Source: Beijerinckiaceae bacterium (lineage in GTDB: Bacteria; Pseudomonadota; Alphaproteobacteria; Rhizobiales; Beijerinckiaceae). From it: a stretch of DNA of 59,714 nt. Below the pieces are notes generated by a model. That model was given only the letters and a program-made list of their open reading frames with translations, was not told where the DNA came from and did no database searches. The translations under genes were made by a program, and so were the position numbers. Positions within the stretch are counted from its first letter, which is position 1. Each line of letters opens with the position of its first letter. The stretch lies in contig DAIOVR010000002.1 in NCBI GenBank assembly GCA_036758905.1, positions 1 to 59,714 on the forward strand, in the 5' to 3' direction. Shown piece by piece: positions 26,374-36,377 of this stretch.

Positions 26374-28715
26374 TGCATTGGCACCGTGGGCTTATAGGCT
26401 TCGGTTGCCCATTTGTTATCTAGCAAAGCTTTTCGCGCTTGGTCGCGCGTGATTTTGCCTTGATTGAAAGCCGTTAGCACATTTTCCTTTGTGGACAAAT
26501 CCACCGCAGCGGCTTTAACGGGCGCCGTCTGAGTTGGGACAACCGATTGCGGATTGCCCACCAATACGTCAGCTTGCCATTGATTAAACGGGCGCGCATA
26601 CCCTTTAGTTAATTCGCCCAAAGATTCCGGGTTTCCAAAACTCAATAATTTGGCCGGTGGAATGCCTTTTGCCCGACCCTCTTTGTAAGCATCGACAAAT
26701 GACCCCAAGAAATTTTGATAAAGTTGATCCCCCTTGGGATCAACAAACCCCATGTGCTCATTCGAGCCTGTAATTTGACCCTTGGCGGCTTTTAAAAACT
26801 CTGTTTGCAATTGCTTTTCGGAATCATTTTGCGCCATCAGGGTTTGAAGGTGCTTAAGCCCCTCAAAATTCAACCCGCCATCTTTGAAATGCTGCATTAA
26901 TTGTGATGGATCGGTAATTTGTGGCCCATTAGGTGACGGCGCCAAAACTTGCGCGACCAAATCGGGAAAATCCTTGCCATACAACGCCGCGTCTTTGTTC
27001 ACTCCATGCGCCGCTGCCGTCAAAACATGTGTTTGAATGCTCGTGGCAAATTGCGGAGAATGCGCCATTGACCGTTCCCACGCGGCTTTCACGTCAGGAC
27101 TAATCGAGGTCAGTTGTTCAATAGACGTGGGTTTTTGACCCGTCCGGTTTAATTCCCCGCTGACAGCCTGAACGACCAAATCATTGTCCGCCTTATAAGA
27201 CATTTCCTGTTGGCGGATTTGGTCACCCAATCTCTGCTCAACCCGCGACCGGGCCAAATCCCTGAATTGTTGATCCCCAGGCCGTTGCGCTTCCGCTTGA
27301 TCTTCCGCTTGCTTGACAATCGCCGCATAATTCTGCCGCAAATAATCCGTCGAGGTCAGCATGGGCCGGTTATCGTTCCCAGCCGCATTTGCAACTTTGG
27401 TCGGTTTTTGACCCGCGAAAGCTTGTTCGATTCCTTGCGTTACGGACGTATCGTCAAACGCCGCTCGATCCGCTTGACCCTTTTCAGCGGGAACAATTGC
27501 CTTGATTAAGGACGATACCGCCGTTTTGTCATCCATATTTGGCACCGCATTGGGCGCAAGCCCGGATGCCCTGGACACATTATTGACCCAATTATCCACT
27601 TCACTTTGTGGCTGATCCTTGCCCACCCATTTGCGCCCGATTTCCGCAAGTGTCATTCCCCGGTAATTATTACGAAGATTGGATGCCGTCGCGTTCACCC
27701 CATCGGCAGGTGTCGCATAGTTTTCAAAATCCGGCACATTATTGGCAATGCCATAAGCAGATTTGATATTTCCAGGGTTATTAGACCCTTTATTCAGCCC
27801 ATTGGTAAATGTCTGGGTCGCTGTTCCAATGACATTATCGGCAATGGACCGGGTTTGCGCGTCTTTAATCTTGGGCTGCAAAAACGCTTCAATCTGAACT
27901 TGAGCCGTGCCGGGAATGCGCGACCGATTGTCTTGAAACAATTTTGCCGCCATATCGACATTGGAATTGGACAGCGTGCGCAGTCTTTCTTCCCATGCCT
28001 TACCCACGGCGGTATCTCGAACGGATTGATAAACGGACGACGCCCGCTTGCCATTTTCGCTGTCGTCAAATGATAACAACCCATCATCTTGTTGGGTCAT
28101 GCCCGTACCAGCATCCCATCCTTGGGTTTGCATTTGACGCGCCACGCCAAAATTCACGTCATGCAAAATATCTTCAAACCGCATGTCATTGGCGGCAATG
28201 GATGAATCCCCAGCCCTTGAGACAGCCGTTAAAACCGACGCATGGGCGGAATCCGCGTCCGCCTTTTTAACTTGGGTCGCGGAATAATTATTGGCATCCG
28301 AAAGCGCATAACCCTCATGCCTTAATGCCAATGTGGTAAACGCTTTTTGAACCGCAGGATTGGGCAGCGTTTCTAACAATTGTTGACGTAAATCTTGAAC
28401 GTCTTGACTATATTGAGGAAGGGCCGCAACCGCCGCCAAGCCCTCTTTTGACTTATACGCCGCGCTCAATTTGGACAATTGGTCCATATAAGTTGTTTCG
28501 GCATTTGTGGCCATTGTCTCGTTCAGCATGCCTTGTTGTTTCAGGGCAATATCACCAGCTTCTTGACCGGCATGCTGAACCGATTGACCCAATCCCGAAA
28601 TAGCAGACGCAACCCCGGCGCCAAACGCATCCGGAGACGCATTGACATTCAAAAACCCACCGGATGGTCCGTTAGGTTGAACGCTCGGTATGGCGTCGGG
28701 CGTTGCAATGGGCAT
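26370..28715 (-). CDS. Internal virion protein (gp15-like position) with NNPGNI putative muralytic domain
   Basis: 781 aa. GSNNPGNIKSAYG...FENYATPADGV...LRNNY...KAIVPAEKG (27471-27794) is homologous to the endolysin candidate. Confidence 0.6.
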   Translation of the reverse strand: MPIATPDAIPSVQPNGPSGGFLNVNASPDAFGAGVASAISGLGQSVQHAGQEAGDIALKQQGMLNETMATNAETTYMDQLSKLSAAYKSKEGLAAVAALPQYSQDVQDLRQQLLETLPNPAVQKAFTTLALRHEGYALSDANNYSATQVKKADADSAHASVLTAVSRAGDSSIAANDMRFEDILHDVNFGVARQMQTQGWDAGTGMTQQDDGLLSFDDSENGKRASSVYQSVRDTAVGKAWEERLRTLSNSNVDMAAKLFQDNRSRIPGTAQVQIEAFLQPKIKDAQTRSIADNVIGTATQTFTNGLNKGSNNPGNIKSAYGIANNVPDFENYATPADGVNATASNLRNNYRGMTLAEIGRKWVGKDQPQSEVDNWVNNVSRASGLAPNAVPNMDDKTAVSSLIKAIVPAEKGQADRAAFDDTSVTQGIEQAFAGQKPTKVANAAGNDNRPMLTSTDYLRQNYAAIVKQAEDQAEAQRPGDQQFRDLARSRVEQRLGDQIRQQEMSYKADNDLVVQAVSGELNRTGQKPTSIEQLTSISPDVKAAWERSMAHSPQFATSIQTHVLTAAAHGVNKDAALYGKDFPDLVAQVLAPSPNGPQITDPSQLMQHFKDGGLNFEGLKHLQTLMAQNDSEKQLQTEFLKAAKGQITGSNEHMGFVDPKGDQLYQNFLGSFVDAYKEGRAKGIPPAKLLSFGNPESLGELTKGYARPFNQWQADVLVGNPQSVVPTQTAPVKAAAVDLSTKENVLTAFNQGKITRDQARKALLDNKWATEAYKPTVPMQ

Positions 28716-29251
28716 TAGATCACACCGGCCATTTTATACCCAGCCGCTTGACCGGATAGTGAAGATGCCCCGCTTAACAATGAACTAAACGCGCCAATCT
28801 GTCCCGCAGCCGCCGCATTCTCGCCTTTGAGCGTATCCAATTGAGAATCCGCCTGAAACCCAGCACCCTCAAGGTCATAGCCATAGGCTTGCTTGGCGGC
28901 ATTGGATCGAACGGTTAAAGCGTTTAATTGTCCGGTTTCCGCCGCCGATGACCGCACGTCCACAGATGACCCGGAATTAACATCGACTCCAGACGCAGCT
29001 TGAGCGGCCTTAATAGCCCCCAATTCTTGCCGATTTTTTTGCCCTTCATTGGCGGTTTGCTGTTCGCCCGCAACAGACGCCACCCGCGACTTTTCCCCGG
29101 CGATAATGGCGTTATTTTGCGCGACTTGAGCTTGATAATTTGCCGCCGCTCGCTGCGCTTCGCCTTGACGAATATTGCCAAGGATCGAAACGCCAGTCCC
29201 CACACCCGCCGTTGCCAATGCTGCAATTGCTAATGTAGTTGGTTCACACAT
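28715..29251 (-). CDS. Internal virion protein (gp14-like position)
   Basis: 178 aa, Ala/Gln/Gly-rich, with an N-terminal hydrophobic segment. Assigned by synteny. Confidence 0.5.
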   Translation of the reverse strand: MCEPTTLAIAALATAGVGTGVSILGNIRQGEAQRAAANYQAQVAQNNAIIAGEKSRVASVAGEQQTANEGQKNRQELGAIKAAQAASGVDVNSGSSVDVRSSAAETGQLNALTVRSNAAKQAYGYDLEGAGFQADSQLDTLKGENAAAAGQIGAFSSLLSGASSLSGQAAGYKMAGVI

Positions 29252-29704
29252 TTACCGCCTCAATTCAAATCGCCGAAACAAGGCCCGCTTTGGTCCAAAT
29301 TCAACGGGCGGACCAAGATCAAACCCCAGAATCAAAAGAAACCCACAGGCTTGCACGTAGGATGCCAGCACATAATTTTCCAATAAAGGAAACATTGCTT
29401 GCATCTTGGCCACTTCGCGCCGCCCTTCCCTTACAAAAGAAAATGGCACGCGCTCAATAGCCTCAGACGTTAAAAGCCATGGATAACCCACACCCGATAA
29501 GACCGATCCGCCAACCCCAAACATGCACGCAATGTCGCCATCAACAAATGCCGTGCGTCGAATAATGCTACCACGAAACGCCTTAAACAGCGCCCGATTG
29601 GGCGACATGCCCACGGACGTTAATTCTAATTTATCACCCCGACGCAGCTTATCTGCCAACATCGAAACGTGATTTAATTGCGCGGGAACAATTTGATACC
29701 TCAC
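29252..29704 (-). CDS. Internal virion protein A-like (T7 gp13/DUF2833-like)
   Basis: 150 aa. YPWLLTSEAIERVPFSFVREGRREV...LENYV...LILGF resembles the gp13-family pattern. Supported by synteny. Confidence 0.45.
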   Translation of the reverse strand: MRYQIVPAQLNHVSMLADKLRRGDKLELTSVGMSPNRALFKAFRGSIIRRTAFVDGDIACMFGVGGSVLSGVGYPWLLTSEAIERVPFSFVREGRREVAKMQAMFPLLENYVLASYVQACGFLLILGFDLGPPVEFGPKRALFRRFELRR

Positions 29705-32700
29705 CCGGCACTATCCCCAACATCAAACCATGGCACCATTGCCAAAACCGTCAAAGGTAAAGGTTGCGTTTGCTGGACCGCAATTTGCCCCTTAGTCCCA
29801 CCCAGCCCATCATTGATATTGTTATAAATATCCCCGGTGAAAAGGGCATAGGGCTGCAAAGGATTATTTGTCCCGACCGGTGCTGCAAATTGCGTCATAT
29901 TCGACCATGTAACCGTTGCATTCCCAGGCTGAACGGATTGATCCGGCTGATTGGTTCCCACTTCAAAAACAGACCCGGAATTTTCAACCCGAACCGTTGC
30001 ATTATACGCGACTTTTCTGCGTCCCTGAACAGTCACTTGCGCTGGAAAATCCAAATACATGGTTTGCAATTGCGCCGTGAACCCAAGGCCCACCACAATA
30101 TTTGATGCAGCGACCGATAATGTAACCGTACCGCCAGACACCACTTGAGGCGCTTGAACCACGCCATCCGCCAAAATTGAAACGGTCATGCCTTCCAAAT
30201 GGTTCAGCCCATAAACCGTTGTGATCGGAGTGGCGATTGACCACGTACCCGGCGATTGCGGAATGGGCAGATTATTGGGGTCATTTGGAAAAGTCTGCGT
30301 AATTGGCCGCACGACCTGAACAGATAAATGACTTGAATCAATATAGGATAAAACCGTCAGCAGACCCCCGCCGATCCGGATAACATCGCCCGCTTGGCCA
30401 TAGCCCGCCGTATTCGACAGCACCGCCGCACTTGTGGAAAATGTGGTGACGTTGAGCGAAAAAATATTAACAACCGCGCCGCCGCCCTGATTGGTCGGAT
30501 CGACTACAACAAATTTAGGGTTTGTGTATCCCGTCAAGGTCCCGATAACCCCCACGGCGGTAATAGCCCCAGCCGTCACTGTTACCGTGCCGATAGCCCC
30601 TGATCCGGTTGGATCGTCAATCCGAGCATAAGTCGTATCGGAATAATTCTGACCTCCATAAGCCAAAACAGGTTGTTGAAGTGTCGGTGTTCCCGTCGCG
30701 CTTAAAACGCTGGCATAGGTTTCCGGTTGATTTTGGGTATAAGACAGCCCGGCATCAACGCACCACGCATCATCTATGGTTTCCCATAGCCGGTCATTCA
30801 TGCGTTCCAGATAATACGCATTAACCCCCGCCCCAGGAATATACCGTTGAACCACAAAATAAGCCGCGTCCACCGGAGGCTCAGAAATCGAACAGACCGA
30901 TTTAAACAAGCCATTGGTGTCATGCCGTGACCACGCATAAACGTCTTGCTCTTTCAAATAAGTCAGATTGAGCAAAATGCCGTCATCGCGCACGGCCCAT
31001 AAGAGCTTATTCGGCTCCTCGCACCAATCCCACCGCACGATCGTATGGCCATCAAACAGATGGTTTGAAAGCACCGTCAAATCCGTGCCGGTATAGATAT
31101 TCGTAAAAAAATTATAGCTCAGATCACGGACAATAGAGCCTTTTTCCTGAACATAGAGAATGTCAAAATTGACCGGAATGGGCCGGATTGTCGGAGAGCA
31201 TCCGGTATAGGCTTGCGGCGCGGCAAATTGATTTGACGGCGTGATGGCCGTTCCCGATTGCCCCGATCCGGATAATTGCCACGCTCCGCGCCCGGTCAAA
31301 ACCACCAAGCCCCCAGGCATGTTAATCATCCATTGAATGCCATTGACTTGTTGCGACCATGGAGTCCCAACAATCGCATCATCGGCTTTGGTCGGAATAG
31401 ACCGATCCATATTAGTGAACGCGCCAGGTTGAGACGCAAAATAAGTGTCCGGATTGTTATACGTGGACGCATAAAACCGGCGTTGCTGGAAATACGCACA
31501 AACTCCCGGATAAGTCCCAGTGGACGGGCCGACTTGAATTGTACCTTGTGCGCCCGATCCGGTTGAATCAATAAATGACAATGTGTCAGAGGTCGAATAC
31601 CCATGACCCCCATTGTCAATCGTGACCCATTGGATTTGACCATCAATAACAACCACTGTACCGGCAAAGCTAGACCCATTGGTCGATGAAATTGATACCG
31701 TCACCCCAGCCGTGGAATAACCAGACCCCGGATTTGTCACATTAATAGACGTGACCGAGGACGTAGCAAACGGATTGGTATGGATGGGCGGCGATACGGT
31801 ATAATCAGGCGTGATATTGGCATCCGTAAAACAGACACCCCGGCTGGTTCCGATATACCCGTAAATCTGGCCCCCCACGGGAGGGGACGCATAAGACACG
31901 GGCGCCCGATAAAAATTATAGGATTCCGCCGTGGTCACTGGATTGCAGTTAATCCGAATGGTCCCGGCTTGCGCGGAAATATTAACCGATGCCACCGTAT
32001 AAGGTGGAGACGCTATGCTTTCCTGCCCCGTGACCGCATCAACCGCCGTGGCCACATATTGATAGTAGAAAGACGTTGTGGACGTGGTGACGCTGGATGC
32101 AGACGCAAATAAAGCCGTGGGCGCAGCAATCGCCACATCAAAGCTGGTTTGCGTCAATGTCCAATTGTTATAATTGATCCGGGTTAAATCATAGGGCGGA
32201 TAGGACGGATGAGTAAGCGTCATCACGTCCGCGCTTTGGGTCCATTTTAACAAAGGAAGATCAGACGCGGCGTAAGGCGTTGACACCTCGTAAATGCGCG
32301 CCAGCGTTCCCCCGCCGGTCCATAACGGCCAATTGGTCGCATCGACATTTCCACCGGTTAAAGGATCAAGCAAAGTGACCCCAATTGGGGACCGCGTGCC
32401 AATCACAAATAACCGGCCATTAACTTCCGGAATACCCCCAATACCAGACGCATAAACCCAATCGCCCGGCGCCCAAAGGTTATTGACCGAAATTAACGCG
32501 GGCGAAACATTGTTAAACCCATAAATGGGTATTGGTGTTTCGGTGACATAAGCCCCATCAATGGCAAATCTCAAATAATTATCGCCAAATTCAAGTGCTA
32601 TGCCTTGAGTGACCGAGTATTGAAACGGGATCAAAACAGGCGGCAATGCAGCATTATTGCCCAGCGACCCTTGTTTGCATTGACCCACAAAAGCCGTTCC

Positions 32701-32850
32701 CGCGCGCGATGCAGCGCCGCCGCGATAGGACGCAAAGAAATTGCGCAGCGTCGAACAACCTTTGCGGTATTTATCAAGGTCTGTCCGGCCAAATAATGAC
32801 GGCGATAATTCACCAGCATTTAGGGCATTTTGTAAAATGGGCGCTGTCAT
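29701..32850 (-). CDS. Tail tubular protein B / nozzle-like protein
   Basis: 1049 aa. N-terminus NALNAGELSPSLFGRTDLDKYRKGCSTLRNFF...GGAASRAGTAFVG. Follows the adaptor gene. Confidence 0.6.
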   Translation of the reverse strand: MTAPILQNALNAGELSPSLFGRTDLDKYRKGCSTLRNFFASYRGGAASRAGTAFVGQCKQGSLGNNAALPPVLIPFQYSVTQGIALEFGDNYLRFAIDGAYVTETPIPIYGFNNVSPALISVNNLWAPGDWVYASGIGGIPEVNGRLFVIGTRSPIGVTLLDPLTGGNVDATNWPLWTGGGTLARIYEVSTPYAASDLPLLKWTQSADVMTLTHPSYPPYDLTRINYNNWTLTQTSFDVAIAAPTALFASASSVTTSTTSFYYQYVATAVDAVTGQESIASPPYTVASVNISAQAGTIRINCNPVTTAESYNFYRAPVSYASPPVGGQIYGYIGTSRGVCFTDANITPDYTVSPPIHTNPFATSSVTSINVTNPGSGYSTAGVTVSISSTNGSSFAGTVVVIDGQIQWVTIDNGGHGYSTSDTLSFIDSTGSGAQGTIQVGPSTGTYPGVCAYFQQRRFYASTYNNPDTYFASQPGAFTNMDRSIPTKADDAIVGTPWSQQVNGIQWMINMPGGLVVLTGRGAWQLSGSGQSGTAITPSNQFAAPQAYTGCSPTIRPIPVNFDILYVQEKGSIVRDLSYNFFTNIYTGTDLTVLSNHLFDGHTIVRWDWCEEPNKLLWAVRDDGILLNLTYLKEQDVYAWSRHDTNGLFKSVCSISEPPVDAAYFVVQRYIPGAGVNAYYLERMNDRLWETIDDAWCVDAGLSYTQNQPETYASVLSATGTPTLQQPVLAYGGQNYSDTTYARIDDPTGSGAIGTVTVTAGAITAVGVIGTLTGYTNPKFVVVDPTNQGGGAVVNIFSLNVTTFSTSAAVLSNTAGYGQAGDVIRIGGGLLTVLSYIDSSHLSVQVVRPITQTFPNDPNNLPIPQSPGTWSIATPITTVYGLNHLEGMTVSILADGVVQAPQVVSGGTVTLSVAASNIVVGLGFTAQLQTMYLDFPAQVTVQGRRKVAYNATVRVENSGSVFEVGTNQPDQSVQPGNATVTWSNMTQFAAPVGTNNPLQPYALFTGDIYNNINDGLGGTKGQIAVQQTQPLPLTVLAMVPWFDVGDSAG

Positions 32851-33618
32851 TTAATAACTCAGCCCATCAGCAAACACCACATTATCCCAATTCATTGGGA
32901 AGCCGCCCGCAGACCCAAAAGCCCAAGGCACAGATGACACCATACGAGCCTTGAACCAATCCGGTATGTGGTCTGTATCGTTAATGCCTTCATTGCCCGA
33001 TCCAGATCGAGCATCCATAATCGCGTTCTTGGCAATGGCAATCTGATCTTTTAATTGCTGTTCATTCCGGGCCAGCGCATTAATAAAGTAAGACGCAAGA
33101 TAAGCCGTTGCCGCCGTCAAAAACAATGAATCCCACAAATCGGGCACTTGGGTTAAATCCCGCGTGTAAATCAATTGGGCTTGTTCCAAATTGGTCAGAA
33201 TGACCTTAATCGGACTGCCATTGGTGTCGTAATCCGTACCCACCACAAAAGGCGTTGTGGTATCCACCGCTTGCGCGGGTTGCCATACCGTTTGACCCGT
33301 GGTCAAAGGCACCGTGCTGCCCGTGGTATTTGTTTGAGTTGGAATGATAAACCGGGCCTCCAAACAATCGGAGGGCCAAGCATATTCATATAAAAAAGGT
33401 TGCGGCGGCGGGTTTGAATCCGTGTAGGATTTCAATTGCGTTAAAGCAATTTGACCGCGCCAGCCGTTCCAAGGCGCCCCCCGCGCCAATGCTTGCATTT
33501 TGGGCGTATAAAACAGCTTGGCAATATTGGCTTGCGGCGATCCATCATCAAACGATGAAATAGACGTGCGGTTGCCAATTTCAGCCAAGGCAAGATTGCA
33601 CACATCAACCGCGTTCAT
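32851..33618 (-). CDS. Tail tubular protein A / adaptor-like protein
   Basis: 255 aa. N-terminus MNAVDVCNLALAEIGNRTSISSFDD is typical of podovirus gp11-like adaptors. Confidence 0.55.
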   Translation of the reverse strand: MNAVDVCNLALAEIGNRTSISSFDDGSPQANIAKLFYTPKMQALARGAPWNGWRGQIALTQLKSYTDSNPPPQPFLYEYAWPSDCLEARFIIPTQTNTTGSTVPLTTGQTVWQPAQAVDTTTPFVVGTDYDTNGSPIKVILTNLEQAQLIYTRDLTQVPDLWDSLFLTAATAYLASYFINALARNEQQLKDQIAIAKNAIMDARSGSGNEGINDTDHIPDWFKARMVSSVPWAFGSAGGFPMNWDNVVFADGLSY

Positions 33619-33651
33619 GCGACAACCTCACCTTAACTTTGAACGTGGGGA

Positions 33652-33951
33652 CTATTCGTCCTCCTCGTCCCCTTCGTCATCTTCATCTTCGACAGTGCCA
33701 TGAATTGCAGCCAATTCGATCCGGCATCCGTTTTCAGTCTTGTGAACCGCCGTCACTTCGCACATCAAACGAAGATGCAGCAAATCACCCATATCAACGT
33801 CATCGGAAAGCCCCAGCTTTTCCAATTCCGTTTCGGTCAAGCACAAACACAGACCCGGCGGCGTATCAGACGGCTCGTAAGCCATCGGCATCATATCTTC
33901 AACCTTTTCGCGCGGCGTGCGCTTAAGGTTCACCATGCCATAGGCGCTCAT
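33652..33951 (-). CDS. Acidic small virion-module protein with poly-acidic tail
   Basis: The ORF ends in VEDEDDEGDEEDE. Confidence 0.5.
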   Translation of the reverse strand: MSAYGMVNLKRTPREKVEDMMPMAYEPSDTPPGLCLCLTETELEKLGLSDDVDMGDLLHLRLMCEVTAVHKTENGCRIELAAIHGTVEDEDDEGDEEDE

Positions 33952-34349
33952 TATTCGCGCCCTAATTCAGTGCCGCCCTTACCAATGTCGGTGCGGTCAT
34001 AACGCTCCATGTGCTTCTTATCCATGGCCTTTTGTTCTTCTTCGTGGCGCGTATGCATGTCGCGGCGCTCTTTTTCATGCCGCGTGTGCATTTCCTTGCG
34101 TTCGGTCGCGTGCAATTCGGAAACATGCACCATGTCGTCATTGCCACCCATGGTGCCTTCTTTGCCCACCATTTTCTTATCGCCAGCATGCGGCGTGGCT
34201 TCACGATCCGCCGTCTTTTCAGCAGCCGCAGCGGCCTTTTTCGGCGCCACGGCGCGATCCGTGTCACCCTCAGATTTCACGGTTTCAATATGCGGCGGTG
34301 TGCCATAACGCTTCTCGCCTTTGGATTTTGCTTTGGGATATTCGCTCAT
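33951..34349 (-). CDS. Highly charged His-rich protein
   Basis: ATG 34349 lies 5 nt after the upstream stop. Tandem EMHTRHE / DMHTRHE motif. Confidence 0.45.
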   Translation of the reverse strand: MSEYPKAKSKGEKRYGTPPHIETVKSEGDTDRAVAPKKAAAAAEKTADREATPHAGDKKMVGKEGTMGGNDDMVHVSELHATERKEMHTRHEKERRDMHTRHEEEQKAMDKKHMERYDRTDIGKGGTELGRE

Positions 34350-34353
34350 CGTA

Positions 34354-34557
34354 TCAGCCCTTCTTAACAGTGACCCGGCCATAACGACGCGCGGCCTTTG
34401 AATTATGCTGCAATCCAATGACCTTTTCGGCTTTGTTGGCCCGGTCAATGGAACTTACAGTTTCCACAGAATCATCGTCATCGGCAAAAACAGGTTCATC
34501 TTTGTAAGACGATCCGTCTTTTTCGACTTTCTTGCCCTTTTTGATCCATTTGGCCAT
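34354..34557 (-). CDS. Small basic protein
   Basis: ORF track entry, tightly packed. Confidence 0.45.
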   Translation of the reverse strand: MAKWIKKGKKVEKDGSSYKDEPVFADDDDSVETVSSIDRANKAEKVIGLQHNSKAARRYGRVTVKKG

Positions 34558-34766
34558 CAGCGCACCACTCCTTTCGGGGCATACCGTTTTGATACCTTAT
34601 GGCTCATTCCCATTAAGGTTTCAGCCAATCGCGCTTCGCGGCCCAGCTTGCCCGGCGCATCGGCTTTTTCGGCGGCATATTCGCGCGTGGTTTTACCAGC
34701 CCGTTCCGCCTTTTTGCGAAACGTGCCTTTGTTGTTCCCAACCGCACCTTTGATCCAATTAGCCAC
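34557..34766 (-). CDS. Small basic protein
   Basis: GTG 34766 overlaps the upstream stop. NWIKGAVGNNKGTFRKKAERAGKT. Confidence 0.4.
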   Translation of the reverse strand: MANWIKGAVGNNKGTFRKKAERAGKTTREYAAEKADAPGKLGREARLAETLMGMSHKVSKRYAPKGVVR

Positions 34767-34944
34767 CGTCAGACCCCTTAGACTTATACCGGCGATACGC
34801 CTTTGATTTGTGCTCAGGTAACTTTCCAGGCTTGTCAGCCGCCACAAACTCTTTAGCCACCTTTTGCGACACGCCCGCTAAACCGCCCTTTTTTGATGCA
34901 GCGGCATACATAAGAGCGCGTTGACTTTGCGAGACAGGCGGCAT
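34759..34944 (-). CDS. Small basic protein (DUF3008-like)
   Basis: MPPVSQSQRALMYAAASKKGG pattern. AGGTGA SD. Confidence 0.45.
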   Translation of the reverse strand: MPPVSQSQRALMYAAASKKGGLAGVSQKVAKEFVAADKPGKLPEHKSKAYRRYKSKGSDGG

Positions 34945-34951
34945 GGATCAC

Positions 34952-35065
34952 CTATTTAAACGACGAAGCCAGCGTGTATTTGTGCCAATCAACATCTTGC
35001 CTTGCATCCACATGCGTGACCACCGGAGCGCCGCCCGCTTTGTTCGGCTGTTTCGGCGCACTCAT
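34952..35065 (-). CDS. Mini-ORF (37 aa)
   Basis: ATGA overlap with the upstream mini-ORF. Fills an otherwise empty 224-nt gap. Confidence 0.3.
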   Translation of the reverse strand: MSAPKQPNKAGGAPVVTHVDARQDVDWHKYTLASSFK

Positions 35066-35169
35066 GCGTAACTCGCAAAATACGTGTAATTCCACCACGT
35101 TGAAGCGGTATCCGCATCAATGCGCGTTTTGGTCAAAGCCGCAGCGCCAACATCACATGGATTAGCCAT
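35062..35169 (-). CDS. Mini-ORF (35 aa)
   Basis: TAATG overlap with the upstream gene. Confidence 0.3.
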   Translation of the reverse strand: MANPCDVGAAALTKTRIDADTASTWWNYTYFASYA

Positions 35170-35783
35170 TAGATTGCCTCACGTCCGATTTGAGCATAAG
35201 TTTTCGGCGTAGGCCGTTCATTGGCCGAGCTTTGCGGCGTGGTCGAAATAACCGGGCTTGCCTTGCGCGGACGCCCGCCACGATTACGTATCGCAGCAGC
35301 ATCTTCCGTGTGCGGCATGGTCGGCACTTCCGAGCGATCCACCGGCATGGCTACAACCACTTCATTGGCCGTCCGGCGCGCATGCTGCAAATTCTGCGCA
35401 ATCAGCACGCCATTATCGGTCACAAGACCTTCGAACGGGCGCCCGTGCAATTGAGCGGTTTGACGCGCCGCATCGGTCAGCATGCCGATAAATTCTTGCA
35501 TCCGCTTTTCAGCGGCTTTGTTGAGCGGCACCATTTCCAGATTGGGCGTGCCGATATATTCAACAATGTCCCCTTCCATGCGAAGCGTATCATCTTCGAA
35601 ATAGCACGGAGAGTTTAGCTTGTATTTCGGCACCTCACCGTTGAACACGGGACGCGAAATGGTATTGCCTTGCAATTCGGCAAGACGGGCGCGCAGCGCC
35701 TCATTCTCAGCCTTAATGCTGGCTAAATCTGATCCGCCAAGAGCTTCGGTCGCGGTATTGCCGCCTTCATCATCGTAACGCAT
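35169..35783 (-). CDS. Hypothetical virion-module protein
   Basis: ORF track entry. First gene after the capsid-operon terminator. GGAG SD. Confidence 0.55.
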   Translation of the reverse strand: MRYDDEGGNTATEALGGSDLASIKAENEALRARLAELQGNTISRPVFNGEVPKYKLNSPCYFEDDTLRMEGDIVEYIGTPNLEMVPLNKAAEKRMQEFIGMLTDAARQTAQLHGRPFEGLVTDNGVLIAQNLQHARRTANEVVVAMPVDRSEVPTMPHTEDAAAIRNRGGRPRKASPVISTTPQSSANERPTPKTYAQIGREAI

Positions 35784-35810
35784 TATAGCGCTCCAAAATT
35801 AGTTATAGGG

Positions 35811-35842
35811 TCAAAACCCTCCCGGTTTTTAGGCCGGGAGGG
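35811..35842 (-). terminator. Rho-independent terminator after capsid/decoration genes
   Basis: Perfect 9-bp stem CCCTCCCGG/CCGGGAGGG (35817-35825 / 35834-35842) with an 8-nt loop, followed on the minus strand by TTTTGA. Confidence 0.6.
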
Positions 35843-35855
35843 CCAGAACTAAATG

Positions 35856-36365
35856 CTACGATACAGAATAGCCAGCAGCGTAGAGAGCTTGCGTGTCGTA
35901 GCTATCTTCGCGCTGAATAACGATGCCACCGATGACATTGCCAGACGAAATGGATTCCGTGTTGGCATTGCCAGCCACAACCATGTTAATCCGGTAATAG
36001 CGCGGCAAAGCGGCGCCAGCCGGACGACGCGGCACGTCAATGGGCAGCACGAAATAACCGGCCTTGTAAGACGCGGTTGAAGCCGTGCCGCTTTCGGCAT
36101 AGGTGGTCCAGGTGGTGGAATTGGTCGAACCTTGGAATTGGAAATTCAGGGTCAGCGACGTACAAGCGCAAGTGATGCCGGTGCTTAATTGCAAGGCAAC
36201 CTTGGGAATGTACAGGCCATCGCCGATGCCCAAATCTTCAAACACGCCCATGTCGATGACGGATGATGCCGTGGTTGCAGTCGTGACCAGCGAAACATAT
36301 TCGCCACCCGTAAATGCAAACGCGGAACCGGAGTGATAGAAAAGTGTATTAACGTCGAACAACAT
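35856..36365 (-). CDS. Head decoration / cement protein candidate (BPP-1 Bbp16-like position)
   Basis: 169 aa, immediately downstream of the major capsid gene and upstream of a strong terminator. Confidence 0.45.
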   Translation of the reverse strand: MLFDVNTLFYHSGSAFAFTGGEYVSLVTTATTASSVIDMGVFEDLGIGDGLYIPKVALQLSTGITCACTSLTLNFQFQGSTNSTTWTTYAESGTASTASYKAGYFVLPIDVPRRPAGAALPRYYRINMVVAGNANTESISSGNVIGGIVIQREDSYDTQALYAAGYSVS

Positions 36366-36377
36366 TGTTCCGGCTCC

